DNA of 64,000 nt from Candidatus Heimdallarchaeota archaeon (GTDB lineage Archaea; Asgardarchaeota; Heimdallarchaeia; Heimdallarchaeales; Heimdallarchaeaceae): contig JAUVXV010000010.1 of NCBI GenBank assembly GCA_030603365.1, positions 32,001-96,000 of the forward strand, read 5' to 3'. This document shows, piece after piece, positions 39,006 to 49,884 of the stretch; the stretch's first letter is position 1, and every line of letters starts with the position of its first letter. The position numbers were made by a program, and so were the translations under genes. The notes below the pieces were generated by a model, which saw nothing but the letters and a program-made list of their open reading frames with translations, was not told the origin of the DNA and made no database searches.

Positions 39006-40505
39006 CTAAAGTGATAGCTTTTCCTTGATTTTGAGCTCTAGTTCTGAGAGTAAAATAGCTTCCTGCTCTCCCGTCTTCATATCTCTAAGAGTCACTTTGT
39101 TTTCTTCAAGATCTCTCTTACCAATAATCACCATTAACGGAATGGATCTACTATTCGCATCTTCTAGCTGTCTAGAGAGTTTCCAACCAAACGGATTGAA
39201 TAAAACAGAATAGCTTTTTCTAAGTTTGTTGACTATTTCAGCTGTTTCTTGAATGACATTTTCTGCTATTATTCCTACATAGATCTGTGACGGATGAGTA
39301 TAAGGAGGTGTTCTGTTAAGAGCTTTGAGTATGGAAAGCAGAACAGTTTCACCCATTCCTATTCCAGTACTTGGGATCTTTCCACCACCTAAATCTTCTA
39401 CAAGTTTATCATAGCGTCCTCCTCCTGCGATTGCTCTAGCAACTGAACCAGTTCTGTCAAGAAACTCAAAAACAATCCCAGTGTAGTAATCCAATCCACG
39501 AGCTATGGACATATCAAACTCACAATCTTGTGCAACTTCAAATATCTCTAAATATGTAATGAGTTCTTCAAGATTGTCGATGGCTTTTGTTATTTTCTCA
39601 TTTACATCTAGTGCCCTTAAAGAAGCAATTACATCTCTCGGTTTACCTTTCATTAATGAGAACTCAAATAACTTTGATATCTGTGCTGAATCAAGATTTG
39701 CTTCTTCCATTGCTTTCTTTACTTCTTGTTCCTCTATTTCTGTTAGCTTGTTTAGATAGGATGAAAGATTTGGGTGTTTATCGATTTCTGGATAAACTTT
39801 TGTTATTTGTGGATCTTGATGCCAGACTGTTCTTAACAACTGTGCATGTTCTTTTGCTTCATTTAAAGAAGAGCCTTTTTCCTTTAACTCTGCTTCAATA
39901 GCGGTTTGAACAAACTTTCCCTTTGAATCGATAATTCTAATTACATCTAGATGATTTGAAATCTTCAAGAATTCAATATAGTTTTGAAGGAGATCTCTAC
40001 TGTTTATCACACAGACAAATTCTCCTGTTTTTAATCCTGAAGTTTTGATTATATTTGTAGTCACAGCAATAATCTCTGCATCAGCAGCTGGATGATCGAC
40101 ACCAAAAATATCTGCGTTAAACTGAAAGTGCTCTTTTACCCTACCTCTTTGTGGAGTCTCATCCCTAAAAACTCTAGGAATGCTATACCAACGGAGAGGC
40201 TTGGGGTAACGTTGGTGTTGATTAGAAATTAACCTAGCCAAAGATGGGGTCATCTCAGGTCTGAGCACAAGCTTTCTCTCTTCTCGGTCAAACAATCTGT
40301 ACGTTTCATCAGCTAGTGCTCTACCTGATTTATACTCAATAAGCTTAGCAAATTCAAGTATAGGTCCTTCATAGAGTTCATAGCCAAATTGTTTGGAAAC
40401 AGTGTGCATAGCATCAAAAATCAACTTAATCTCTGCATAATCTTCAGGGTAGAAGTCTCGATTTCCCTTTATACCTTTGAGAACTTCTTTGATTTCTGGA
40501 TCCAT
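39006..40505 (-). CDS. hisS: histidyl-tRNA synthetase
   Basis: LRPEMTPS, FRDETPQRGR, ARGLDYYTG, GGGRYD, C-terminal anticodon-binding domain. Confidence 0.95.
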   Translation of the reverse strand: MDPEIKEVLKGIKGNRDFYPEDYAEIKLIFDAMHTVSKQFGYELYEGPILEFAKLIEYKSGRALADETYRLFDREERKLVLRPEMTPSLARLISNQHQRYPKPLRWYSIPRVFRDETPQRGRVKEHFQFNADIFGVDHPAADAEIIAVTTNIIKTSGLKTGEFVCVINSRDLLQNYIEFLKISNHLDVIRIIDSKGKFVQTAIEAELKEKGSSLNEAKEHAQLLRTVWHQDPQITKVYPEIDKHPNLSSYLNKLTEIEEQEVKKAMEEANLDSAQISKLFEFSLMKGKPRDVIASLRALDVNEKITKAIDNLEELITYLEIFEVAQDCEFDMSIARGLDYYTGIVFEFLDRTGSVARAIAGGGRYDKLVEDLGGGKIPSTGIGMGETVLLSILKALNRTPPYTHPSQIYVGIIAENVIQETAEIVNKLRKSYSVLFNPFGWKLSRQLEDANSRSIPLMVIIGKRDLEENKVTLRDMKTGEQEAILLSELELKIKEKLSL

Positions 40506-40557
40506 GATATAATCAAGGATAGGTGAAATGAAAAATATTTAACACTATTGTTTCTTA

Positions 40558-41550
40558 TTAAAAAATCTCGTCAGTATCGATTGTTGAGATTTCAAACATT
40601 GGTAATTGTTTTTCAGACCAAAAGGTTTGATTGTCAATCATATATTTGATAAGATAACTGGTTAAATCTGATTCAGATATACCATTATCTTTCTGAACTC
40701 GCAAACCTTGAATTTCTTTAATAAATTCAGTCAGAAGTTTCATTAAAAGACTGGTTCCTTTAAATTCTTCACTTCTGGTGGTAATTAACCAGCAAGAAGT
40801 TTGTTCATCGGCGGCCATAACAACTTGTCTACCTCCGATCCTCATGTATTCCAGTATTGATTCTGCATTTGTAGCAAATTTATAACGAATTACTGGGAAT
40901 GAACTTTCATCAACTATGTTATCATCAGCAGTTTTAATTCTAGCTTCAACAATTCCTGTTTCTGTTTTAATATAAGCTACAAAATAATCAACAGTGATAC
41001 CAGCTGTGATCAGAGTAGAAATTATAGCATTAGCTAACCAGTCAACAGTTTTGTTCAAATTCTTTCCTGTAATTGGAGAAATAGACATGTATTCAATATC
41101 ATGACCACCGGAAGGACTTGTAAAGATATTATTGATTGTTTTAACAACCTCTTCATCTATTGGTTTGTCCCAAGTATTAATCAAAACAAGAACAGGGGAA
41201 TTCTGTTTAATCCATTTGAGAGCTCGAACAAACCATTGTTTAGATTCATCTAATTTTTCTTCCTTGGTTCCGTCTACTACATAGATTAGTGCGTCTGAAC
41301 GAGAGAGGTAACTTGGCCAAAGAGAATTACGAAAAGGTTCTTTTCCACCCAAGTCAGTTAAACCAAGTCTCAAGCCATTGATTTTGACAATTTCTTGATT
41401 TATGCCATATGTAGAATAAGTTTCAGATATCTCTTCACGCAGGAGCTTATTGACAATGGAAGTCTTTCCAACTCCATCTAAACCTGCAATCGATACTGTC
41501 ATGTCTCTACTTGACACTGCTAAATCAGTACTTGTTTCTGACCCCAACAA
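40558..41550 (-). CDS. Arf/Rag-like small GTPase with C-terminal extension
   Basis: GLDGVGKTS, TYG, DLGG; G4 degenerate (NTWD). Confidence 0.85.
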   Translation of the reverse strand: MLGSETSTDLAVSSRDMTVSIAGLDGVGKTSIVNKLLREEISETYSTYGINQEIVKINGLRLGLTDLGGKEPFRNSLWPSYLSRSDALIYVVDGTKEEKLDESKQWFVRALKWIKQNSPVLVLINTWDKPIDEEVVKTINNIFTSPSGGHDIEYMSISPITGKNLNKTVDWLANAIISTLITAGITVDYFVAYIKTETGIVEARIKTADDNIVDESSFPVIRYKFATNAESILEYMRIGGRQVVMAADEQTSCWLITTRSEEFKGTSLLMKLLTEFIKEIQGLRVQKDNGISESDLTSYLIKYMIDNQTFWSEKQLPMFEISTIDTDEIF

Positions 41551-41717
41551 ATCCTTTCACTACCGCTGATTCATACACTAAACTTGAACCGCCAGAATAC
41601 CCCGTATTATTATATTCACTCGGACTCTTAAAAATATTTGCAGAGAGGTAAGAAAGAGGGTTGAGGATTTGTGTCAATATCTAGAAGAAAAATCCGCAAT
41701 TGAAGAGATGAGATAGT

Positions 41718-42866
41718 TTAAACCATTTCTACTCTCTTTTTCAGAACCAATATAATTACTAAGAGAGGAGTAATCATAAATACTAAAATTATAGGTTTCT
41801 CCAATTCGGGAATGACAGGAAGATCTCCAAATGAAAATAAAGGATATAAATCAGCTGATTGCGCATCACCATCAATTTCATAATAACCAACACCATTCCA
41901 ATCGCTCCAATAATTTCCTGTTTGAGTGATAGTATTATACCAATAATTGTGACCTGTTATATTCGATGGTCCTTCATGATAAGCTTGTGATGTTCCACCA
42001 GCATTATCGATAAATACATTTTGATACACTTGTACATTAGTAGAATCGTAGGCTAATACTACTCCAAACAAACCATTAGCTTCAAGCCAATTATAGTATA
42101 CATTGCTCTCATGAGCTGCATCTAGTCTTGTTCCATTTTCACTATTGAAACTGCATGTATTGTTATACACATTTGTATAACTTGTTCTTAGAACATAAAT
42201 CCCAGTAGGATTAAATTTGCATGTATTATTGTAAATCTGGTAGTAATCTCCATCATCAGCTATTATTCCAGCATATACATTATTAGTGACAGTATTATTA
42301 CAAATCAATGCATTCCCCCCAGTAACTGATATTCCTACATGATAACCTGATACTGCGTTATTTACAATAACAGAATTTTGACCTAGTATGTATATACCAT
42401 GATTAAGTCCACCATTAGCAATGATGCAATTTAATATTGTTACATTTCTGGCATACATCACTGAAATGCCAGTTCGTTCAACACTGTCAATAGTAACTCC
42501 ATCAATAACTATAGCCCCTTCTGTAGTATTATATAATCGAATACCTCTAGACTCAGCTCTTATGAAACAATTTCTTATTACGAATTTTTGAGGGACACTT
42601 AATATGTAAATACCCCAATAATTACTAGTTATAATTTCATAATTTTCAATCAGATATGGATCATCAAGAGTCCCATTACCTGGAAAGTTGTATATATCCC
42701 AATCATCTTCATTGTTAATGAAGATACTTGAGTGAGGTGTGAGGTTTGTCCTTAATTGGGATTGATTAAGAGAAGATAGAACACATGTACAAGGCGTTCG
42801 TGTATGTAAGAAAGACAGAACCACGATAAAAAATATCTGAAAACCAACAACTCTAAAATTCCTCAT
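41718..42866 (-). CDS. NosD/beta-helix surface protein with IPEL + TM tail
   Basis: Signal peptide, PGNGTLDDPY, NN-repeat beta-helix, GNYWSDW..DLYPL. Confidence 0.85.
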   Translation of the reverse strand: MRNFRVVGFQIFFIVVLSFLHTRTPCTCVLSSLNQSQLRTNLTPHSSIFINNEDDWDIYNFPGNGTLDDPYLIENYEIITSNYWGIYILSVPQKFVIRNCFIRAESRGIRLYNTTEGAIVIDGVTIDSVERTGISVMYARNVTILNCIIANGGLNHGIYILGQNSVIVNNAVSGYHVGISVTGGNALICNNTVTNNVYAGIIADDGDYYQIYNNTCKFNPTGIYVLRTSYTNVYNNTCSFNSENGTRLDAAHESNVYYNWLEANGLFGVVLAYDSTNVQVYQNVFIDNAGGTSQAYHEGPSNITGHNYWYNTITQTGNYWSDWNGVGYYEIDGDAQSADLYPLFSFGDLPVIPELEKPIILVFMITPLLVIILVLKKRVEMV

Positions 42867-43085
42867 AATAATGATTCACCTAACTCAACTAGCAAACTTA
42901 TACGTTTAAATCCTTAAAAGCTTTTATGGAGATTTCCTAAAAATACTGGGATAAACTAATTTTCTTAAAGACTTATTTTCCTTCATAATACTTAATTTGA
43001 ATTATTAAGAAATGCAGGAACAAAAGAAATCTGTGTGAGAAGGTTTTTGTTCTATGGACATATACAGTGTTAGGAGTTTTATCAC

Positions 43086-43247
43086 ATGAATAATGGTGGT
43101 ATTGGAGGATTAGGTGGATTGGAGGAAAGCGAGGATGAACTCACTTCGGAGGAAATTGAAAGAATAAAGGAAGAAAGAAGATTAAAGGAAGAGGAAAAGA
43201 AAAACAAAAAGAAGGAAAAAAAGAGGAAAAAGGAATACGGATATTAA
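43086..43247 (+). CDS. 53-aa low-complexity acidic/basic small protein
   Basis: AGGAG upstream; MNNGGIGGLGGLEESEDELTSEEIERIKEERRLKEEEKKNKKKEKKRKKEYGY*. Confidence 0.5.
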   Translation: MNNGGIGGLGGLEESEDELTSEEIERIKEERRLKEEEKKNKKKEKKRKKEYGY

Positions 43248-43380
43248 GCTATATCATCCCTATCTGTTTTTAAAAGATTCACATTTCAGTTTTTCACAAA
43301 AGCGTAAAGGTTATATATCAGTGATTAGACACATGAACTTGAAAATTTGATAATCTTACGATTACAAAGAGGTATTTACA

Positions 43381-45006
43381 ATGTATGGTCAACCAGTTTA
43401 TATTATGAAAGAAGGAACTGAAAGAACCCAAGGAAGAGATGCCCAACGCAATAACATCACTGCTGCAAGAGCTGTTTCAGAAGCTATTCGTTCTGCACTT
43501 GGTCCTAAGGGAATGGACAAGATGTTAATTGACAACTTTGGTGATACTACTGTCACCAATGATGGTGCAACTATCCTTAAAGAGATTGAAGTCAGCCATC
43601 CTGCAGCCAAATTCGTGATCGATCTTGCTAAGACTCAAGATCAAGAAACCGGTGATGGCACTACCACTGTTGTGGTTATTGCTGGTGAGTTGCTTAAACA
43701 AGCAGAAGAATTATTGGACTTGGATATTCATCCTAGTATCATTATTGAAGGATATAGATTAGCTCGCTTTAAAGCTGATGAAATCCTTGATGGAATGTCT
43801 ACTGAAGTTCTATTTGATAACGATAAGACTTTGAGAGCTGTAGCTGAAACTTCTATGTCTTCTAAAATCGTTAGTGGTGAAAAAGGTTTACTAGCTGAGA
43901 TTGTTGTTAAGGCTGTTAAAGCCATATCTGAAGACAAAGATGGTAAAAAGTTTGCTGATATTGATAACATTCAAATTCAGAAGAAGAAAGGTGGGAGCCT
44001 TGTTGATGCTGAATTAATTGATGGTATCATTATGGATAAAGAATTCGTTCACTCAGATATGCCTAAGAAGATTGAGGATGCTAAAATTCTTCTACTTGAT
44101 AAGGGATTAGAATTAAGCAAAACCGAAATTGATGCGAAAATCAATATTACCAGTCCTGAACAGATTCAAGCTTTTCTTGATAATGAACATGAAATGCTCA
44201 AAGAAATGGCTGATAAAATCATTGCTTCTGGAGCTAATGTGGTTCTTTGCCAGAAAGGAATTGACGATATTATTCAACACTATTTGGCTAAGAAAGATAT
44301 TTCAGCTGTTCGTAGAATTAAGAAAAGCGACATGGAAAAACTAGCTAAAGCTACAGGTGCACAAATAACTACCAGTTTAGAAGATCTCAAGGATTACATT
44401 GGTAATGCAAATCTTGCTGAAGAGAGATCTATCGGTGATGATAACATGATTTTTGTAACTGGATGCGAAAATCCTAAAGCTGTTTCTATAATCATCCGTG
44501 GTGGAACTGAAATGATAGTTGATGAAGCTGATCGTGCTATTCATGATGCTCTCTGTGTTGTTCGTCAAGTTATTAACGACAAGCAAGTTGTTCCAGGTGG
44601 TGGAGCTCCCGAAATTCGAATTAGCCAAAAACTTGGAGAATTTGCAATGGATTACACCAGTAAAGTACAACTAGCAATCGAGAAGTTCGCAAAAGCTATG
44701 GAAATCATTCCTAGAACTTTAGCAGAAAACGCAGGACTTGATCCAATCGATGTTCTATCAGAATTACATGGACAACATGCAAAAAACGGTCATGTTTTTG
44801 GAGTTAATCCATTTAAATCAAAAGTAGATGATATGGCAAAACTCAATGTTTGGGAACCAATTTCAGTAAAGAAACAAGCTATTAGCGGTGCTGCTGAAGC
44901 TGCTGAAATGATTCTCAGAATTGATGATGTTATTGCTGCTAAGGAATTATCTGGTGGGGCGGGTGGAATGCCTCCAGATCCTGGCGGAATGGATGAGGAT
45001 TTCTAA
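43381..45006 (+). CDS. ths: thermosome subunit (group II chaperonin)
   Basis: LGPKGMDKML, TNDGATIL, GDGTTT, GGGAPE, GGM tail. Confidence 0.97.
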   Translation: MYGQPVYIMKEGTERTQGRDAQRNNITAARAVSEAIRSALGPKGMDKMLIDNFGDTTVTNDGATILKEIEVSHPAAKFVIDLAKTQDQETGDGTTTVVVIAGELLKQAEELLDLDIHPSIIIEGYRLARFKADEILDGMSTEVLFDNDKTLRAVAETSMSSKIVSGEKGLLAEIVVKAVKAISEDKDGKKFADIDNIQIQKKKGGSLVDAELIDGIIMDKEFVHSDMPKKIEDAKILLLDKGLELSKTEIDAKINITSPEQIQAFLDNEHEMLKEMADKIIASGANVVLCQKGIDDIIQHYLAKKDISAVRRIKKSDMEKLAKATGAQITTSLEDLKDYIGNANLAEERSIGDDNMIFVTGCENPKAVSIIIRGGTEMIVDEADRAIHDALCVVRQVINDKQVVPGGGAPEIRISQKLGEFAMDYTSKVQLAIEKFAKAMEIIPRTLAENAGLDPIDVLSELHGQHAKNGHVFGVNPFKSKVDDMAKLNVWEPISVKKQAISGAAEAAEMILRIDDVIAAKELSGGAGGMPPDPGGMDEDF

Positions 45007-45044
45007 TATCCTTATTCCTAAATTTTCTCTTTTTAAAACAGAAT

Positions 45045-45263
45045 TTAAAGCCTATATGTTTTCAAGGCACTTGTAACTTTTTGTAACATTTCTTCAGTTA
45101 CTTTATCGGATTCTAACTCCACAATAGCTACCCAAGTAGAGTAAGCTGCTTCTCTTACTTCCTTATTATTATCTTTCATACCATCCACGATAATGTCAAC
45201 TACTTCAGTATTGAGAGTGGATATTTTGTTACCTTTCTTAAGTTCAATAGGAGTGTAAGACAT
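45045..45263 (-). CDS. small HEAT-repeat-like protein or fragment
   Basis: GMKDNNKEVREAAY HEAT-like motif. Confidence 0.45.
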   Translation of the reverse strand: MSYTPIELKKGNKISTLNTEVVDIIVDGMKDNNKEVREAAYSTWVAIVELESDKVTEEMLQKVTSALKTYRL

Positions 45264-45392
45264 TGTCCCCGTAAAAATTAGAACTAATGACTTTAAAAAT
45301 GTTTTTCAAATCAGACAAAAAACGCAGTTTTAAGTGGTTTTTTTGGGGTTTGGATAAAAAAATGTAATGCAGAGAAGAAGAAATAGAGAGAG

Positions 45393-46568
45393 TTACTCCT
45401 TTACTCTTTGAGCAACTTTCTTTCCTAAATCCTTTGCTTGTTGAAGAATTTCATCAGTTGGTGCTCCTCTAAATTCCAATAGAGGTTCAACAACTTCCCA
45501 ATCCAATTCTTGAACTTGATCTGCTGCTTGTTTAAGAGCTCTCCCACTCCACATAGATGACCCAAAGAAACCTACGATTCTTTCTCTCAAATCTTTTCTT
45601 TTTACTAAGTGAAGATAATAAGATGTGTTAAGAAAAGGTCCTCCATCATAAACTGGGAAACCTAGAATCACTCCTTTGTATTTCCATGTTTCTTTGATTA
45701 GGTAACTCAAATGATCCTTCGAGAAGTTTAGAACAGTAACTGGCAATCCCTCTTCTTTTATCCCATCAACAACACTATTAACAACCTTAGCAGTGTTCCC
45801 ATACATTGATCCCCATATGACTACGACACCTGGTAAAGCCATCCTATCTGAAAGACGAACATACAAATCAAGTATTCGTTGTGGATCTTTTCTCCAAATT
45901 AAACCATGAGCTGGAGCAATAATTTTGATATCTAAAGCTCCGAGTTTTTCCATAGCTTTCTTAACGTATTTAACATATTTAGCAACTATATTGCTAAAAT
46001 AACGTATTGTTTCTTCAAAGAAGATATCAGGGTCACAATCATCATCAAAAATTCCAAAATCAAGAGCTTTATATGAACCAAATGCATCGCATGAAAACAA
46101 GATTTTCTCTTGATTATCATAGGTTATCATTGTTTCAGGCCAGTGAACCAAGGGATCCATGTAGAATGTCAATATTCTTCCTCCCAAGTCCAATGTATCT
46201 CCTTCTCCTACAACTCGAATGTTCTCTGTGATTCTATAGAGACTATTAAGCATATCTTCTGCTTTCTTTGAACAAAGTATTGTTGCATTTGGAACTTTTT
46301 CTAGTAGTCTAGTTAGAGAACTGCTATGATCCGGTTCTATATGGTTCAAAATGATATAATCAATATCAAACGAAGTTACTTCTTCTACTTTGTTCAGAAA
46401 CTCATCAACAAAAGGTATTTTCACGGTTTCTATTAATGCAGTTTTTTCTCCTTTAACCACATAGCTATTATAACTCACACCTTCAGGGATAGGCCAAAGT
46501 CCTTCGAACAAGTCAGTTAAGTGATCATTCACTCCAACATAATATACTTCAGATGCTACTTCCTTCAT
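45393..46568 (-). CDS. fprA: flavodiiron protein (FprA family)
   Basis: HIEPDHS, HWPE, CDAFG, PAHG, flavodoxin SMYGNT. Confidence 0.92.
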   Translation of the reverse strand: MKEVASEVYYVGVNDHLTDLFEGLWPIPEGVSYNSYVVKGEKTALIETVKIPFVDEFLNKVEEVTSFDIDYIILNHIEPDHSSSLTRLLEKVPNATILCSKKAEDMLNSLYRITENIRVVGEGDTLDLGGRILTFYMDPLVHWPETMITYDNQEKILFSCDAFGSYKALDFGIFDDDCDPDIFFEETIRYFSNIVAKYVKYVKKAMEKLGALDIKIIAPAHGLIWRKDPQRILDLYVRLSDRMALPGVVVIWGSMYGNTAKVVNSVVDGIKEEGLPVTVLNFSKDHLSYLIKETWKYKGVILGFPVYDGGPFLNTSYYLHLVKRKDLRERIVGFFGSSMWSGRALKQAADQVQELDWEVVEPLLEFRGAPTDEILQQAKDLGKKVAQRVKE

Positions 46569-46744
46569 TTCTAACTACTCTTTAATTTATGGATTATATT
46601 TAAGAGAATTAACCTCTCAATTCACATGTAAAAGCACTTAGGAATCTTTTAAAAACGTTAGGTTCTCTCAAACAATTTTGTATATTTTTCTTCTTTTTGA
46701 CCAAAATTCTTAAGGAGTTTAACATAAATCTATCCTTGTAGAAA

Positions 46745-47692
46745 ATGGAACTCAAAGGAATCGATAAGAAAATAACAGAGATACTTGAGAAAGCTAATCT
46801 AAATCTCGAAACAATAGCTGTTTCTACAGCTGAAGAATTATCTTCACTAGCTGAGATAGACAATAAAGAAGCTAAGAAAGTAATCAAAGCTGCTCAAGAA
46901 GAATTAGGTATTCAACCTATGACTGCTTTGAAATTCTTAGAGCATGAGTCAAAGAGAGGAAAGATTACAACATCCTCTACTGAGTTTGATACAATTCTAG
47001 GAGGAGGTATCTGGACTCAAGAGCTTACAGAACTTGCTGGATCCTTTGGTAGTGGAAAAACACAATTATGTTTTCAACTCTGTTTAAATGTTCAACTCCC
47101 AGTTGATGAAGGTGGATTGGAAGGAAATGCATTTTTCATAGATACTGAAAGAACTTTTTCTCCCAGAAGAGTTGTTGAAATTGCTTCTTATAGAGAATTT
47201 GACGTGGAGAAAGCGTTAGGTAATATATACATTGGCTCTGCTCTTAACACTCATCATCTTTTCAGTATAGTAGATGAATTAGAAGAAATCATCCCAGACA
47301 AAAATATCAAACTTCTAATAGTAGATTCCTTTGCATCACATTTCAGATCTGAATTCATTGGGAAGAATCGTTTAGTAGAAAGACAACAGAAGATTATGCA
47401 AATAGCAGAAAAACTTATTGCACTTGCTGTTAAATTTGATCTAGCTGTTGTCGTAACTAATCAGATTATTGCTAATGTTGAAGAGTTTCTTTTTGGTAGT
47501 CCTGAAGAACCAGCTCTTGGATTTGCATGGGCTCACAGACCTCAACAAAGGATTTTTCTCCGAAAATCACGAGGTAGCTCGAGGATTGCAAGACTTTTTG
47601 ACAGTTCAAGAATGCCTGAAAGAGAGGCTCTTTTCTATGTAACTGAAAATGGTTTATCAGATGCACCATTCTCTTCTGATTTCTACTCTTAG
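46745..47692 (+). CDS. radA: RadA/Rad51-family recombinase (possibly a paralog)
   Basis: N-terminal HhH-like domain, GSFGSGKTQ, IDTERTF, IVDS, TNQ. Confidence 0.85.
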   Translation: MELKGIDKKITEILEKANLNLETIAVSTAEELSSLAEIDNKEAKKVIKAAQEELGIQPMTALKFLEHESKRGKITTSSTEFDTILGGGIWTQELTELAGSFGSGKTQLCFQLCLNVQLPVDEGGLEGNAFFIDTERTFSPRRVVEIASYREFDVEKALGNIYIGSALNTHHLFSIVDELEEIIPDKNIKLLIVDSFASHFRSEFIGKNRLVERQQKIMQIAEKLIALAVKFDLAVVVTNQIIANVEEFLFGSPEEPALGFAWAHRPQQRIFLRKSRGSSRIARLFDSSRMPEREALFYVTENGLSDAPFSSDFYS

Positions 47693-47749
47693 AAAATAAA
47701 TCTCTATTTAACAATGAAAATCATAAAACTAGAAAAAGATAGATGAGAG

Positions 47750-48061
47750 TTAGCTACTTTCAATGGCAGCTGAATAGACTATTGTTCGTCTAGATTTGGT
47801 TATGATTTTAATAATATTATTTTCTTCTGCTTCACGTAATATCTTCTTAGCAGTACTTACTCTAATATTGTATTTATAAGCTAAGTAAGCAGGAGTAATT
47901 CCTTTAGCTCTTTTTATTTCATCATCTATTTTCTTCTTGGTATCGTCATCAGGTTTTAAATCTCGAATTGTAGGGATAAATTCTACAACTAAACCGAACT
48001 TTTTCTTCTTCCTGACTACTTTTCTTTCGCGTCCAGACATTTCTCTCGATTTTGCGTTCAT
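47750..48061 (-). CDS. rps25e: 30S ribosomal protein S25e
   Basis: Lys-rich N-terminus; ITPAYLAYKYNIRVSTAKKILRE winged helix. Confidence 0.8.
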   Translation of the reverse strand: MNAKSREMSGRERKVVRKKKKFGLVVEFIPTIRDLKPDDDTKKKIDDEIKRAKGITPAYLAYKYNIRVSTAKKILREAEENNIIKIITKSRRTIVYSAAIESS

Positions 48062-48183
48062 GTGTTGATTTTTAAGTTATTCGATTGAATGCTTTTTATG
48101 AAGGAAAAATCTGAACTATTAAAAAAGCAAAGCTAACCTCCCGTGAACCAAAATCTTGATAATTCAAGATTTAAAGAAAACAT

Positions 48184-49179
48184 ATGGACAAGTTGGATTT
48201 ACTCTTAGATACTTTTAAAGGAATAAACAGTGATTACCCACTCTTTAGTTTGTGGAAACATTTCCCTAATATCGATAGAGACCCCCAGCAATTAGCTAAA
48301 AACCATGTCGATTTTTATAACAAGTATGATTTTGACTTGATGAAGATTTCTCCCCATGGAAGATTTCCTGTAGTTGATTATGGGTGCACTGTTGGAGCAG
48401 ATTATGATCCCATTACTGGCAGTACTCGTTGTGAGGATTGTTGTATTAAATCAATACAAGATTGGCAATCTTTAGAACCATTAAATGTTAGTGAAGGAGA
48501 ATTAGGAAAACAAATAGAAACAGTCAAACTGATACATAAGAAACTTGAATTTTTGCCAAAAATGATGACAGTGTTCTCTCCCCTGATGGTCGCATCAAAG
48601 ATGGATCCTAATTTAGTTACAAACATAAGAGAGCATCCTGATATTATTATAGATTCTATGTTCATCTTATTGAAAGATATAATAGAATATGCTGAAGCTT
48701 CAAAAGATGCAGGAGCAGAAGGTATTTTTCTAGCATCTCAACATTTTCGAAAAACAGATTTATCATTTGAAGAAGTTCAAAGATTTGAGATAAATTTTCT
48801 GGACAAATTCCTCTCTAGAATCAATAAAAAAGTTGATTTTACAGTTATTCATGTCCATGGTGAGGACATTAAATTCAAAGAAGCAGCTGATAAACTCCAG
48901 GTTGATGCTTTAAACTGGCATGATAGATTGACTTGGCCATCTCTTGCAGAAGCTGCAAAAATGTTCCCAAAGGGTTTATTAGCTGGAATAGATGAAACAA
49001 AATCACTCGTTAATGGAAAACCAGAAGAAATACAGAATAACATTCTAGATGCATTTCAACAATCGATGAATTTTGATAATAGAATAATAATTGCTCCTGG
49101 TTGCGTAATCCCTATAACTGTTCCAGAGAAAAATATAGAGATTATATCAAAAACTATTAAGAAAGCAAGAAGAGGTTAG
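48184..49179 (+). CDS. uroporphyrinogen decarboxylase / MtaA-like family protein
   Basis: TVFSP, IHVHG, IIAPGCVIP. Confidence 0.8.
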   Translation: MDKLDLLLDTFKGINSDYPLFSLWKHFPNIDRDPQQLAKNHVDFYNKYDFDLMKISPHGRFPVVDYGCTVGADYDPITGSTRCEDCCIKSIQDWQSLEPLNVSEGELGKQIETVKLIHKKLEFLPKMMTVFSPLMVASKMDPNLVTNIREHPDIIIDSMFILLKDIIEYAEASKDAGAEGIFLASQHFRKTDLSFEEVQRFEINFLDKFLSRINKKVDFTVIHVHGEDIKFKEAADKLQVDALNWHDRLTWPSLAEAAKMFPKGLLAGIDETKSLVNGKPEEIQNNILDAFQQSMNFDNRIIIAPGCVIPITVPEKNIEIISKTIKKARRG

Positions 49180-49185
49180 GTTAAT

Positions 49186-49839
49186 ATGAGCAAGAATAAT
49201 CAGGAAAAGGATATAATAATATCAAAGATGCCGAAGAGAACTGGTTGGAAAGATTTCATCTTGAATCTGGTATTTAGCCTAATTATGATTGCAAGTTTCT
49301 ATGTCTTTGTTATTTATGACCGTCCTGTAGATATTGCAGATTGGTTAATCAAGATTTTTGTTACAGTATTACCGCTTCTAATTTTTGGAAATAGAACAGT
49401 GAAAGAAATTTATTACACTAAGGACTTCATAAGAATAGAAGGAACTAAGATACAGTATAGATCAACCCCATTTGTAATGACTGGTTTCAGGGTAAAGAAG
49501 GGGAGTATTGACATTAAAGAAATAAGAAAATATGGGTTGTCAAGAATTCCCAGAAAATTATCTCTAGATTTTTGGGGTCAGAAAACTAAAGCTATGACAG
49601 TAGTTCAACTTAAGAGTGGAAAAGAGTATTTTATTGGAGAATACTTTTCAAATGAAGACCTTGCTGAAATTTGTCTAAATATTAGACACATCTATCCTAA
49701 AGCAAGATTTACTACAAATATTCCTGATGAATTTCCCGAGTTAACAAAAAAAGAGAAAGATCTTGTTAAATCTAAAAAAATTAAGAAAATTGTTGACGAG
49801 GATGAAGAGCCAGAAGGTGTTGGGGTTCGAAAACGTTGA
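49186..49839 (+). CDS. membrane protein (2 TM + soluble beta domain)
   Basis: Two hydrophobic helices near the N-terminus. Confidence 0.65.
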   Translation: MSKNNQEKDIIISKMPKRTGWKDFILNLVFSLIMIASFYVFVIYDRPVDIADWLIKIFVTVLPLLIFGNRTVKEIYYTKDFIRIEGTKIQYRSTPFVMTGFRVKKGSIDIKEIRKYGLSRIPRKLSLDFWGQKTKAMTVVQLKSGKEYFIGEYFSNEDLAEICLNIRHIYPKARFTTNIPDEFPELTKKEKDLVKSKKIKKIVDEDEEPEGVGVRKR

Positions 49840-49884
49840 GAAGAATATCCTAGCTTTTATTAATAGAAAACGATAGAAATTAAC

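Noticed and set aside
39560-39930. Helical insertion in HisRS as an intein or mobile insert
   Set aside because: No intein terminal motifs (C/S...HN); it lies in the normally variable insertion domain.
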